From: Octopus sinensis
Lineage: Eukaryota
Length of the DNA: 64,000 bases
Direction of reading: 5' to 3'
Assembly (NCBI RefSeq): GCF_006345805.1
Contig: NC_043010.1
Span: forward strand, 44,082,001 to 44,146,000
This document shows positions 1-11,800 of the stretch, piece after piece. The position numbers and the translations under genes are program-made. Within the stretch, counting starts at the first letter, position 1. The number at the start of each line of letters is the position of its first letter. The notes under the pieces are model-generated. The model had not been told where the DNA came from, made no database searches, and saw nothing but the letters and a program-made list of their open reading frames with translations.

Positions 1-69
1 ATAAAATCCTGAAATCCATAGGACCAAAGGCAATTTAATTTCTTCCTCAATATATCCATTTGTCTAAAG

Positions 70-342
70 CAGTAGTTCCCAAACTTTTTTCTGGCTGCCA
101 CCCACTTGGCACCCAGATCACCCCTCCCCCTCCCCACCACAAATATAGACCACTTTCTGCAGCAAATTCAAAACAACTGTATTTCACAAATAAAACTTAA
201 ACCTAATTAATCTATTAATTTTTTTTTTTACATCTATCACCTCATTTTGGCCACCCCATTATCATCCCACTTTTCTTCAACATCCCACTGGATCCTTCCA
301 CCACCCCCAAGGGGGCAGTACTGCTCATTTTGGAAACCACTA
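70..342. mobile_element. hAT (Charlie-type) MITE
   Basis: Ends CAGTAGTTCCCAAA...TTTGGAAACCACTA are imperfect TIRs; identical 8-bp target-site duplication GTCTAAAG at 62-69 and 343-350. Confidence 0.8.
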
Positions 343-979
343 GTCTAAAGTAAGAAGTAAAATGAATATGTATATCTGTAAACACTTGGAAAAGAATACT
401 ATGCATCCTGTTAAGTTTGAAACCCTAAAAAATTTGCTTAAATAAGAGCAGAAAATATGAACATTTAAATTCAGAAATGGAAAATATTGTCATCTGGTAG
501 TCTATCTCCTATAGTAATGTACTTCATGGCCCAGCAATTACATTATTTGGGAAGAGTGCATGAATGAAGATGAATAAAAATAGAAGCCCCACTGTTATTT
601 TTATGCCTCTTCTAAGATCTTAGCATGTGAAATTTGTTGTTTGCTTAATCCCAGATCAGCTGTACTCAAGCAAAACTTATGCTCAAAGACATTCTAGCAA
701 TAATAGTCTTATCTTTTTAGTTTGGTAAGTTGTGGATGGCTGTATTTGTTGTTGGTTGTTACCAATGGCAGGCAGCTCTGTTGGTTAGCAAGAGAGAAAT
801 AGTCTCATTATAGTCAGTGTAGAATTGTCTAACCTGCATTTTCAAATGGGCCAGATAGAGCTAAGGTAATTTTTTTCCAGTGTATTAATGACCAATGTTT
901 TGAAGTTAATTAATGGGACATTTTTCATTTTTTTTATGGCAACAAAATGATAGGTTTTTGGTTGATACTGCAAACAGTT

Positions 980-1390
980 ACAATATACGTAGCTTATCAA
1001 GGAGGCTGGGGTGACAGTTATAAACTCCAGGTGCATAAGAATCTCTGTCAAGAATTCTCTCTATTATTTTGTGAAAGTCATTTCCTTGGTCTTAGCGTCT
1101 CTAGTGGAACTGGGAGACGGAGTGCAGGTGCTGAATAAATTTTCCCATGAATCCAATGGTTGCTAGGGCCATTTAGTTTCTCAGGATACCATTGTATGGT
1201 GTGAGGGTATTTTTGTATGTTAGCAACAGCCTTTGAAAGACAAGATCCCTTCAGGGATAGTTGGTGGTATTTCAGCATGGGACGCAGCATAGATTTGTAT
1301 GAGTGCATGTTTTTCTCTGGTGTAGCTTACAATGCTGGAAACAATGTTGTCTAGGCAAATGAAAAAGTTTATGGTATTTATAGGTGTATG
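980..1390 (-). mobile_element. Highly decayed CR1/L2-like LINE 3' coding remnant
   Basis: ORF 1078-1308 has SYKSMLRPMLKY, resembling the LYKSLVRPxLEY motif of CR1/L2 ORF2 C-termini; otherwise degenerate. Confidence 0.3.
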
Positions 1391-2131
1391 AGACATACTC
1401 TCTAAATAGGGACAATAAGCATTAGAAATTTAGGTATATTGAAAGGTTGATAGTCACAAATTTCTTACAACATAGAATATTCAATTGAATGTACTACATG
1501 GCTAGTACCTTATTGCATTTTTTCAAACACTCCACCTAACACACATAAGGGATGACAGCAGGATTTGAATCCAGTGTATTTCATTTATTAGCCAGCTTAA
1601 CTGTTCTTGCCACTCCACTGACATGTATGTACTAGTATGTATTGGCACACATACTTCCTCATTACAACAAATAAAAACAAATATGTTTTGAAATTAAGCA
1701 TTCATTGAAATGCAAAGTTTATTTTCATATTTTCAACTCTCCTGTTTCCACTGTTAAAGAGATTTAGAAATCAACTATAATGTCTATAGTGATTTTAGTA
1801 TATCTTAACCTTTTAAAGATGAATATCTGTTTATTTGTCAGATTAGGTCATTGATTGTTTCTTTTTTATCATATCTTTTTTTGTTTCTTGATGTGTTTAT
1901 TGATATTTTACAAACTCTGTACCAGTTTTTCTGCTGTGCACTAATTCTTTTTCTGTTGATTTTTCTGTTTATACTTTTTTTGTTTGTTGAGTTCTATTTG
2001 CAGATATTTTTTGTTTATTCTGCTCTATGTTTTCACTGTCTGTCCCATGAATGTCATTGTTGGTTCTTTGTATTACTATGCTCCATGTCAAATTGTACTT
2101 TTTCTTACTTAATTGTCTTTTTCTTTTGCAG

Positions 2132-2269
2132 TACGCTGACCGTACCTGGCCACTACTTATCCTTGGTGCCCTTATGTTCATCCCTGGCTCCTACCATGTC
2201 ATGATAGCATACTATGCCTACAAAGGTTATGAGGGATATTCTTTTGAGGACATTCCAGATTTTGATTAA
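2132..2269 (+). CDS. TMEM230: Transmembrane protein 230, last coding exon (upstream exons not seen in window)
   Basis: Polypyrimidine tract plus ttttgcAG acceptor at 2130-2131; [45 protein letters not shown] matches the TMEM230 C-terminus (PGxYHxxIAYYAxKGYxGYSxxDIPDFD). Confidence 0.9.
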   Translation, partial: YADRTWPLLILGALMFIPGSYHVMIAYYAYKGYEGYSFEDIPDFD

Positions 2270-5200
2270 CTGCATTTGTATCCTTGCCACTCAGCATGCA
2301 GCTTTGCTACAAGCCATATGGTGGATGTTCTTGCTTAGAAATCTTAAGAAGCTTTGATGTCAGATAAACACTCTCATTTCATTTCAACATTGAAATGTTC
2401 CCAAAGTTATACTTGGGTTAGTGGCAACATGTGTCAGTCAATGCTACAAATATTCTTTTCTACACAAGGCACAAGGCCCTACAAATATTAAGTGCAAGTA
2501 ATTGTACCCATCTATTATTGGTTAGGCTAAAAATATGTTGGCAGGCCAAATCAGATAGCCTAAAAGTATTATTTGGTAATATTTCTGAAATATTTTCTTT
2601 TTTAAACAGTTTTTTTTTTCAACAATTTTGTCTGCACACATGTGCCTTATACCTGGTTCCAGTAATGCTTCAGAGGTGGTTGGTAAATTGTCATTATTTA
2701 TTTTTAAATACCTTGGGGGAAAAAGAAAAGTAGCAGTATTAACAGTCAAGATATAACTACACAACAAGAAGCAACAATAACATCAATAACAACTGCAGCA
2801 GCAATAATCAGCAACAACAAAAATAACATGAAATGACTTGTAAAAGCATTTAAAAAAAGGAATAAAAAGACACAACAACAGGAAGTAACTACTAACATTG
2901 CTAGACCGCAACCATAATCAGTATCATCTAAGAATTTAGTCAGTGTCTTTTACTGAAAAATATATTCTGACAGCAAAAAATGCAGATATTAAAAGAAATA
3001 TTTTTACAGTAGGGTGATAAAAATATGAGAACCCAGTTCTTCTACTGTCACATTTTCATTCTCACTCCCATATGCATTCATTATAATCACATGGTTCACT
3101 TTATTTAAAGTTTAAACATTATTTACATAGTCAGTTTTAGGTCAACTAAAATCAAATTTTTTCTCAAATATTTCTATAGAAAAGAGCTTTTTTCCCTTTT
3201 TTTTTTGTACATTTAGATGAAGTGGTAAGCCTTGACATTAGCAGATCTTCCTAACCTAATGAGATTAATGTGCTTCAGATTGAACTTGAGTTGTCTGATG
3301 CCAGGGGAAAACTTGTGTAAGGAGCCCTAATTGGCTACAATTCTAGGTGTGAAAGGTAGAGAATGTATGGGGTTTGGAGGGTGAAACAAAGTAGGGATTA
3401 CAAAGATGGTTGCAGCAGAGAAAGGAATCAGTATGAGTGTAGACTAGTTGTTGTAGCATGTTTGTGTTGTGTAGTAGCTCCATCCCAGATATGCGATCAG
3501 TTTTCAGGTGTAGGTCACACACCTGTTTTGTTGAGAGCCATAGCTATTCAGATGTAGTAAGGATTAAAGTTGCAAGACTATTTCCTTAATATGCATACTG
3601 ATTGCGTTTTGGTGACTATGCCTATAATCATACATGACAACCAAGTATAATAATTTCTAGTCTGGCACAATGTGTCTAAGTTGCATGAAGATGACACCTT
3701 TTCAATAGGGAGTGAAGAATGGTTATCATCTGCATAGGTGTATATATTGCTAGAAGCAATGAGAACATCATGACCTGCATGCAAAATGAAATTTCCTGGC
3801 TGTGCAACAAGTGCAGCAAGACAACAGATAAAAACCTCAGTGCCAAATGATTCCAAAAGGTTCTATTAAATATTGATTAGGCACTATTTTTACCAAATGC
3901 CAGAATGTCAATGCATATCAAATGAAGGCCTACACTTCCTGAGGCTGCTATATTTCAGTAATAGAATCACGGCTATAATCTATTGTGCAATCTGTTGAGA
4001 GGGACTGCATACATACAGATGGCGCACTCTGGCCCCTCCTTGAGGAAATCAAGGAACAGACAGCAACAAAGTGTACACATTAGCCAACTGCTTTATCAGC
4101 AACATTGATATGTTCTCAAGGGCCTGTATACAATATTAGATAGTATGCAGTAAATGTTTTGTTTTCTACATTTGAAAACTATCTAGTGGCATCAAGGAAC
4201 ATGTGTAAACAAATGTTTTATACCAAACTGGCAACATAGCATTTAAGAACCAAGGAAGTTATCTTCTTTAATAAAGTGAAGCTGTCAATCAACAACAGAC
4301 AAAAGTAGCATGAAATAGGGTGGTCATACACATATACACACACTTCCATGTGATTGTTTTACATGTTAGATATAGCAGTTAAATCTTCTTCAAATTAAAC
4401 ACAATCATCTTCAAAAAGGATGGATAATGTAGCCTGGAGAAAAAATGGGATGATCATAGGTCTGCTCTTTCACAGGACAAACCTTGAGCTAAACAACAAT
4501 AAACAGATAGGGAAAAATAAATTTTATAAGATAAACAAAGCTGAAATTGACATCTGCTGCTTTCCAATAAACTACATTTCTAAGTAAAGTACAATGCTGT
4601 TCCAGTGGTATCACACTTTGCTCCATAAAGGGAGAAAATTCGTTGGTGGTGAGAAATGGTATTGGTTCTTGTCTGCTGAGCTTTAAAATTCATGTGTGAC
4701 CACACGAAACCTAATTAATCCTCCCCAGAGTTGCAACTCTCTGGAATTCCTTCTTCACTCAAATGTTTTTCCTGCCAGACTGTAACCTGTAGAGGTTGGA
4801 ACTGAAGATAAACTACACTGATCTCATCTGGAAGGTCCCGAGCCATGGGCAGTGTTCCTTCTTCAATTGACAAAACAAAAATATGTACATAAACCTGTAA
4901 GGAATGATTAGTAGTTTAATGGTCACTTATTTGCGATTATGGAGGTGAATATGTTTCATTCTCATGTGCTGTCTTATGACATAATCATGTTGTATTTATT
5001 ATGACTCTGGTGTTATTTGTATGAGTGAATGTGTATATATATATATGGCACTTATGTACAAATCATGGTAAGATATAAACCTTATTTTTCTATAACTGTA
5101 ATAAATATATGATTACCGTATGTAGCTTTTCTGTTGTGACTAATTGTCTTTTAGCTAGATATATTATTTCAGTTATCTAACAGTGTTCAAAATTCAAAAA

Positions 5201-5452
5201 AGCTGTAAGACCAGTGCTTATCTCTGGTTTTTATAGTAATAAGTAGATGAAAGTTGAATCTCTTCTCTGAATAAGAGGATGCTGGTCTGTTACAGGTAAC
5301 TTTTCCTACAAGTAGATTGAAATTTTGCTCTGGAAATTAACAAATTATTAATCAAACTTTATAGTGTGTACAGAATTTTCTTCACCGTCTTTTTTTTCCT
5401 AAGCTCTCAAGTCAGCATTGGTGACAATATGAACCTCTTACAATGAGTTAAA

Positions 5453-5630
5453 ATCATCATCATCATCATTTAACGTCCCTTTTCCATGCTGGCATGGGTT
5501 GGACAGTCTGACAGAAGCTGCACCAGGTCCCATTGTCTGTTTTGGCATGGTTCTACAACTGGATGCCCTTCCTAATATCAACCACTTTACAGTGTGTGCT
5601 AGGTGCTTTTTACATGGCACCAGCACTGGC
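5453..5630 (-). mobile_element. SINE family C 3' fragment (RTE-type GAT tail)
   Basis: (CAT)n followed by TTTAACGTCC...TTTCCATGCTGGCATGGGTTGG, shared with copies at 36179, 50500-50995, 60978 and 61794. Confidence 0.7.
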
Positions 5631-6938
5631 AGGGTCATCGAGTACCCTGCAAATCAAAAACCCCCTCAACTGGGAGTGGGGAGTAGTACTGAGTAAAGTG
5701 TTGCCTTGTGCCAGTTGAGAGATTAAAGGTATATATATATACATAAACCTGTAAGGAATGATTATCAGGGATAAGTGTCTTGCTGTACAGAGGATGCCCC
5801 AAGAAAGATCATTATTCATTTTCTTAAGACATTAACATTTTAAGTGAATCAGATAGTTAGCACAATTCCCTAAGAACTTATTGCTTTCCTGAGCATTTCC
5901 TTCCATAATATTGATTTGGGAATATATATTTAAATGTACATGACATTAATAGTGTAGTGAAATAAGCTGGTTTCAATAAGGAATCAAAATCAACTCACAA
6001 ACTTGACAGAATTTAGTCTTTAGTTTTATAACATACACTATATTTACCTTTATATTATGCTGAGCCAACAAAGAAGCCTATATGTAACCACTTGACCAAC
6101 TATAAATAGGAGCCAAACCTCATTCAAATTCTACTCAACTGTCTTAAGAAAAATGACACATTGGATAGTGTTGTCTGCAATATAATTATATATTATACCT
6201 GAAAAATGCTCATTACTAGAAAGCCTTTGACTATGGTTATATTTGGGGCTAAACAACAACACATTAATGACAGACATAAATTAGTAGAGGAGAGGGATAA
6301 TCAATGAAATCAACCCGAAGTACATATCTGGTGTTTATTTTATCAACATCAATAAAATAAATCTGTACCTTTTGAAAGAAGTATTGGCTCCCTGGTTTGT
6401 GTTGGTCCCACTGTGTGTTGCCACCACGTGTACAAGTGTTTGGTGGAACATTTCTTTGGTGAACAAGATAAGGTTCAACTGCATTATGCAGATTCTCATA
6501 ACCCATTTGGTCACAAGAGAACTATGTATGTTAGTAGGTACCCATCTACCACACACATATAAAGGTGAATGAACCCAAGCATCTGGATTTAAGAATGGGT
6601 TAGAGAGAAAAGCCTATACTTGTCACTAAGTGGGGAGAAGGGGCACTGGATTGCACTCTGCTTATTCAATGAAGCACCTTCAGATTTAGAAAATAGTTTA
6701 CAAAAATCTTGCAATACATTTCTTGAAGTCTGACTAACATGCTTGTCACTAAAGGGGTGCACTGGATGGCACTGCCCTCTTACTATTCAATGGTGCACCC
6801 TGAGTTTTAGAAACTACAATTTATGAAAATCTTCCCACAATACAAATTATTGCCCACCCAGAATATTCTGAAGTACCCCCAGGCACCAAAGTATGGTAAC
6901 AGGCCTGGAAAAGCCAACTCAATACTGTAGATATTTCC

Positions 6939-7056
6939 AGGTGGTGAGCTGGCAGAAATGTTAGCACACAGGGCGAAATGCTTAGCGGTATTTTGTCTTT
7001 CTTTACGTTCTGAGTTCAAATTCCGCCGAGGTCAACTTTGCCTTTCATCCTTTGAT
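6939..7056 (+). mobile_element. SINE family A 5' portion
   Basis: GGTGGTGAGCTGGCAGAAA head and GAGTTCAAATTCC B-box-like motif; many related copies in window. Confidence 0.7.
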
Positions 7057-7976
7057 GCATAAAATTTGTTAATTCTATGCTAACACACTTGTGTGTATGT
7101 ATGTATGAACGACAGGCTTTTGCAGTTTTATCCAAGTTTTACTCACAGGGTTGACTCAAGACTATGGTTGAAGACATTTGCCCATGGTCTCATGCAAAAA
7201 GATTGAACCCATGGAAAAAAAATGGTTTAGTTGTACAGTGTATAAATCAAGAATAAACAACTTGCATCTTTTAAAAATAAATTATAGTTAGAAGGAAAAC
7301 ATCTGCAAATGTTTTTATTTTTGAATCAGAAAATATATGTTTTCAAGTAAAGGACATTTTTGGTAAGTTATATAATATTTTTATGTATATATATAAAAAA
7401 AAAAAACCACCACCATTTTTCTCTGTGGTAGTATGACATCCATTGGTATTAATATCCCTCAACAAATAAGACAATATTAAGAGAAATTTCTATGAATAAA
7501 AGAAAAATTTAGAATATCAAATTTTTTTTGGTCATGATAATTTCTCAATATGATTATTATGAAATAATGCTCTAGGCATTCTTGATGCCATTGCTGTATA
7601 AGCACAAATCTTTAAATTTTCAAAGGAAGGAGAAAAGGGATTTGTGACATAAATGAGAAAGAAGTCGTAAACTCAGTCTGCGAAGGACTTAACTATTTAT
7701 ATTGTTACAATGATAGAAAAGGTGATGAGACTAATGACATGGTATATGTTATCTGGTTGAATGCCACACATTTTCTTTGAGAAAATCTAGCAATAGTCCT
7801 GAGATCATATTTGAATCAATAATTCCTCATTATCATATAGAGCATTACAATGGCAAATTGCAGTATTTAATTATACCCTTTGTGGTCCAAGTACAAATCC
7901 CTGCAGGTTCCCAGTTTACTTTCTGTCCCTCTGGGATTGATAGAAAAAGTTCCGGCAAGAAATCATTGGACAGATT

Positions 7977-8385
7977 GGCAGAATTGTCAAAGCACTGAAT
8001 AATTTGTCTTGTGATATTTGTTCTGATTCTTTATGTTCTAAGTTCAAATCTCATTGAGGTCAACTTTGTTTTCATCTTTTTCGGGGTTAATACTAGTGCT
8101 TGACTAATACTTCATCAACTTAAAAAGGATGAAAGGTAAAGTTGACCACTGTGGGATTTGAACACAGAACACAAAATGCTGGAATGAATATAACAATGTA
8201 TTTTATCCAACATTTTAATGATTTTACCAATCCTCTGCCCTATAATAATTGTTTCTAGTCTTGGCACCAGACCTCAATTTTGAGGGGATGGGGCAGTTAG
8301 TCAATTAAACTGACCTTAGACTTTGACTGGCACTTTATGTTATCGACCCTGAAAGGGTAAAAGGCAAAGTTGATCTCAGTAAGAT
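7977..8385. mobile_element. Cluster of three degenerate SINE family A copies (one forward, two reverse)
   Basis: Forward copy about 7977-8090 (GTTCAAATCTCATTGAGGTCAACTTTG); reverse copies about 8100-8240 and 8245-8385 (GGTAAAGTTGACC, GGCAAAGTTGATCTC). Confidence 0.6.
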
Positions 8386-8630
8386 TAATACTGTTTTATC
8401 AAATTCAGTACAGCCAACTTTTTTTAAACTTTAAATTTTTCGATTTCAACAATAGTTACTACAAAGAAATGAATCAAATATATCCAAGTGCAGTCATTAG
8501 TTCTTCATTCATAATTTCAATTGCTGTTTTGAATTGACCATTTTCACTTCAATCATAGAACTAAAAGCTTTGAGAAAGGCATATACATTATCACATTCTA
8601 TTTCTACTTTCTTTTTATTCATTTTTTGGT

Positions 8631-8877
8631 TTATTCATTGGTAGATGATGCAGCAGGTGTAGTTTGTTGTTCAACTAGTTTCTGGAAAATTCCATTGGGT
8701 ATTTTCAGCAATTCTTCATAGTTCCCTTCTTCAGCTACCACTCCATCATTTAGCACTATGATACGATCCACATTGCGGATAGTGGAGAGACGGTGAGCAA
8801 TAATTATAACTGTACGGCCTGCCATTACTCCGTCAAGAGCTTCTTGGACAACATGTTCGCTTTCAGAGTCCAAAGCA
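8631..8877 (-). CDS. ABCB10: ABCB10 exon 13 (last coding exon)
   Basis: ttccAG; (S)[37 protein letters not shown]...SSTNE*. Confidence 0.92.
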
Positions 8878-11800
8878 CTGGAAAAGAAACAATACATGTA
8901 TGTAAGCATATATGTATGCATATATATGTATTTATCAACGTATGTGTACCGTAAATCCTCGAGTATAATCCGCATTTTTTACCCAAAATTTATAGGTCAA
9001 AATCTCTAGTGTGTACTATATATGAGGTTAAAAATGAAAAATATTTTCTAAGCAATGTCCGAGTCTCTATTTGCTGTCCGGTAATGTTTATTCAGGTGCA
9101 TTTTGTGATGTTGGGTGCAAAAATCACTTAAGCTAAGCCTGAAAGCAATGAAGTCATAAAAGAATCATTCATAACTTGCAGTAAGCAACATTTATTAAGA
9201 TAAAAGTATTCAGAACATAGAATAACATGTAACAAAAAAAATTTGCAAACATATTTACATTCCCATATAACAGTTAAGAACATCACCATTATTATGTTAC
9301 GCATGTGCGGAAGTGTTTGTTTGTCTAAGTGCTGCTGGCTTAATTACGCACGATGATGGAGATTTACACTACAATGATGCTGACATGTTTATGGAGGAAC
9401 AAATGGAACAGTTATTTGATGCTGAAAGTGACATTGAATTTGAAGGATTTGAATAAATGTTTTTCCTTTTGCTTTTGTAACTGATAGTGATAAATAAAGG
9501 CAATTTACTTAATATTTATTTTTCAATGGCGTTATTACTGTTATTTCTTTATTTTCTGAAAACAAAATGCACGTTTGCATTATGTTATATATACAATAAT
9601 AATAAAGGACGTTACGGTATACATTTTTATTACATAGACCTCCTTGACTCAAGTTAGAGAAGGGGTGCGTATTATACACAAAGTTTAAGTTTTTCAGAGG
9701 TACAGCCCCCTAAAAATCCCCTGCGTATTATACTCAAGGGCGGACTATACTCGAGGATTTATGGTATATCACATTATATATATCTGAGATATATATAAAT
9801 GTATTTATCAAGTCTAAGGCAGAAGGAGTGTGCTTCTAGCCTTTTCATTCCTCTTCTCAGACTAGAACAGATTTGTTGTTTAATATAACAATTAGAAGGT
9901 AAAAAGCAGGCTGGTATTTATTTCTATACCATTTTTATATCACAATGTGTGAACAACAGTGTTACTGGTTACAAGTTTCAACTGAGCCAATCACTGCTTC
10001 ACTATATCTTTAGCGGTGAAAATGACAAGAAAGAGTCTATCAAAGCACTTAATTTTAAAGCAATGGTGATTCAGAAGTATTTACACCCTTCGCCAATGAA
10101 TATTGGTTTCAAATTTTGGCACAAGGTCAGCAATTTCAGGGGGATGGGGTAAATCAGTTATATTGATCCCAGTGTTCAACTGGTACTTTTTTCATCCATC
10201 CTGAAAAGATGAAAGGCAAAGTCAACCTTAGCAGAATTTGAACTCAGAACATAAAGATGGACAGAATGCTGCTAAGTATTTTTTCCAGAAGTTAAAATGC
10301 AACTTACCTTGTAGCTTCATCAAGAATCAAAATCTGTGGATCCTAAAAGTAAGAATCAGCCATGTTAATTTCTGAAGTTCAACATTTATAAACTACTATA
10401 ACATAGGCATCACCCAGATAACCATATTTTTTCATTATGTGATATGGCAAGATGTGGTAGTTACATGCGTGCTGACAAGTTGGTTTGCTATTTTAAAAAT
10501 GTGGTTTTTTTGTGGGCAGTGCTCATATGCACTAATTCTAGTTTTTAAGGTGAATATGTTGTAACACTACAATTAAGTTAACAGTGCAGTGTAATCCCAA
10601 GGGAATTTACTCAAGTTCAATGTTAATGGTTTCTTTTTTTATTTAAGATATTGTAAATACATGTACAATTGTAAATAAAGTTCACATCCACAATACATGA
10701 ACATTGTGATATGTCTATTAGATTATATGATGTCAGCAGCTCATGTTATCACTACTGCCACTAAGTCCCTGACGAAGATACTCTAAAAAATCTATAACAG
10801 AGTAGCACAGTTCACCACAGTAAACGATGGCTATACTGATGTATAACAGATAAATATTTCATGACCTTATCTGTGATGAACCGAAGTTCCAGGATGGAGT
10901 TAACAAGAAATTACTATTGTGTATTTTCTCTTGAATTACTATATGAAGGTGAAACCTTTAGTCTCTTCATAATTATACAAGATAGAAGAGATAGTTATAC
11001 TTGTTGAAATCAAAGCAAAATACTGATGAATTTTATAGAAATAATTACCAAAATTTTGAAATTTGAAGAATGCAACACCGTGCTTACCTTTAGTATAGCT
11101 CGTGCAATAGCAATCCTTTGTCGTTGCCCACCTGATAAAGAGAAATATAATTGTAGTTTAGAGATAAGAAGGCAATTCCACTGGTGCTGCCACCTAATTA
11201 TGCACTCACAATGAATGGATAATTGGACAGCAAACATCAAGCTAAGGCATGTGCCTTCAGGTTGATGGACATTTGAAGAACAGCTTGAGTTTAGCTATAG
11301 TTCTGGCTTAAAGGCAATCAGTTATTAACACTCAGAGGCAGCCTGGCACCACAGTTCTATTGATAGAACATGTAAACTGTTGCTCTGATCATACAGTTCT
11401 TTTCATACTGGATGGAAAAGGTGTAGTGAAGTTGACATTGCCAGCACCCACTAATGGTCAGTACATTAGTGGCAGACGATGCATGAGCACTCTGTCACAC
11501 TAAGCTCCTTACAATTTGGAATGTCATGTACATGCGATGTGTTAGTAGAATAAAACTAATCTGTCTCATGATGGCCTAATCTCAGTTCATGTTCTCTGTC
11601 AGTGCATGAACATAAGCTAGAATTCATTTACCTGAATGTTTGAGGATCTAGAGAAATAGTGGTTTGGTTGAGCAATAATATTAATATTTGTATCTCTGAT
11701 TATGTGCAAGAGCCATTTGCTTACAGGCAAAATCTCCCACAAACCTTCTTTTCAGATATTGAAAGCTATTCCTCAGCTCCCTACTCACTCTTCCAATCAA

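Noticed and set aside
1851-2131. Hydrophobic 117-aa ORF and N-terminal extension of the TMEM230 ORF
   Set aside because: T-rich intron sequence upstream of a clear acceptor at 2131.
6939-7056. tRNA gene suggested by A/B-box-like motifs
   Set aside because: No cloverleaf; it is the head of a multi-copy SINE.
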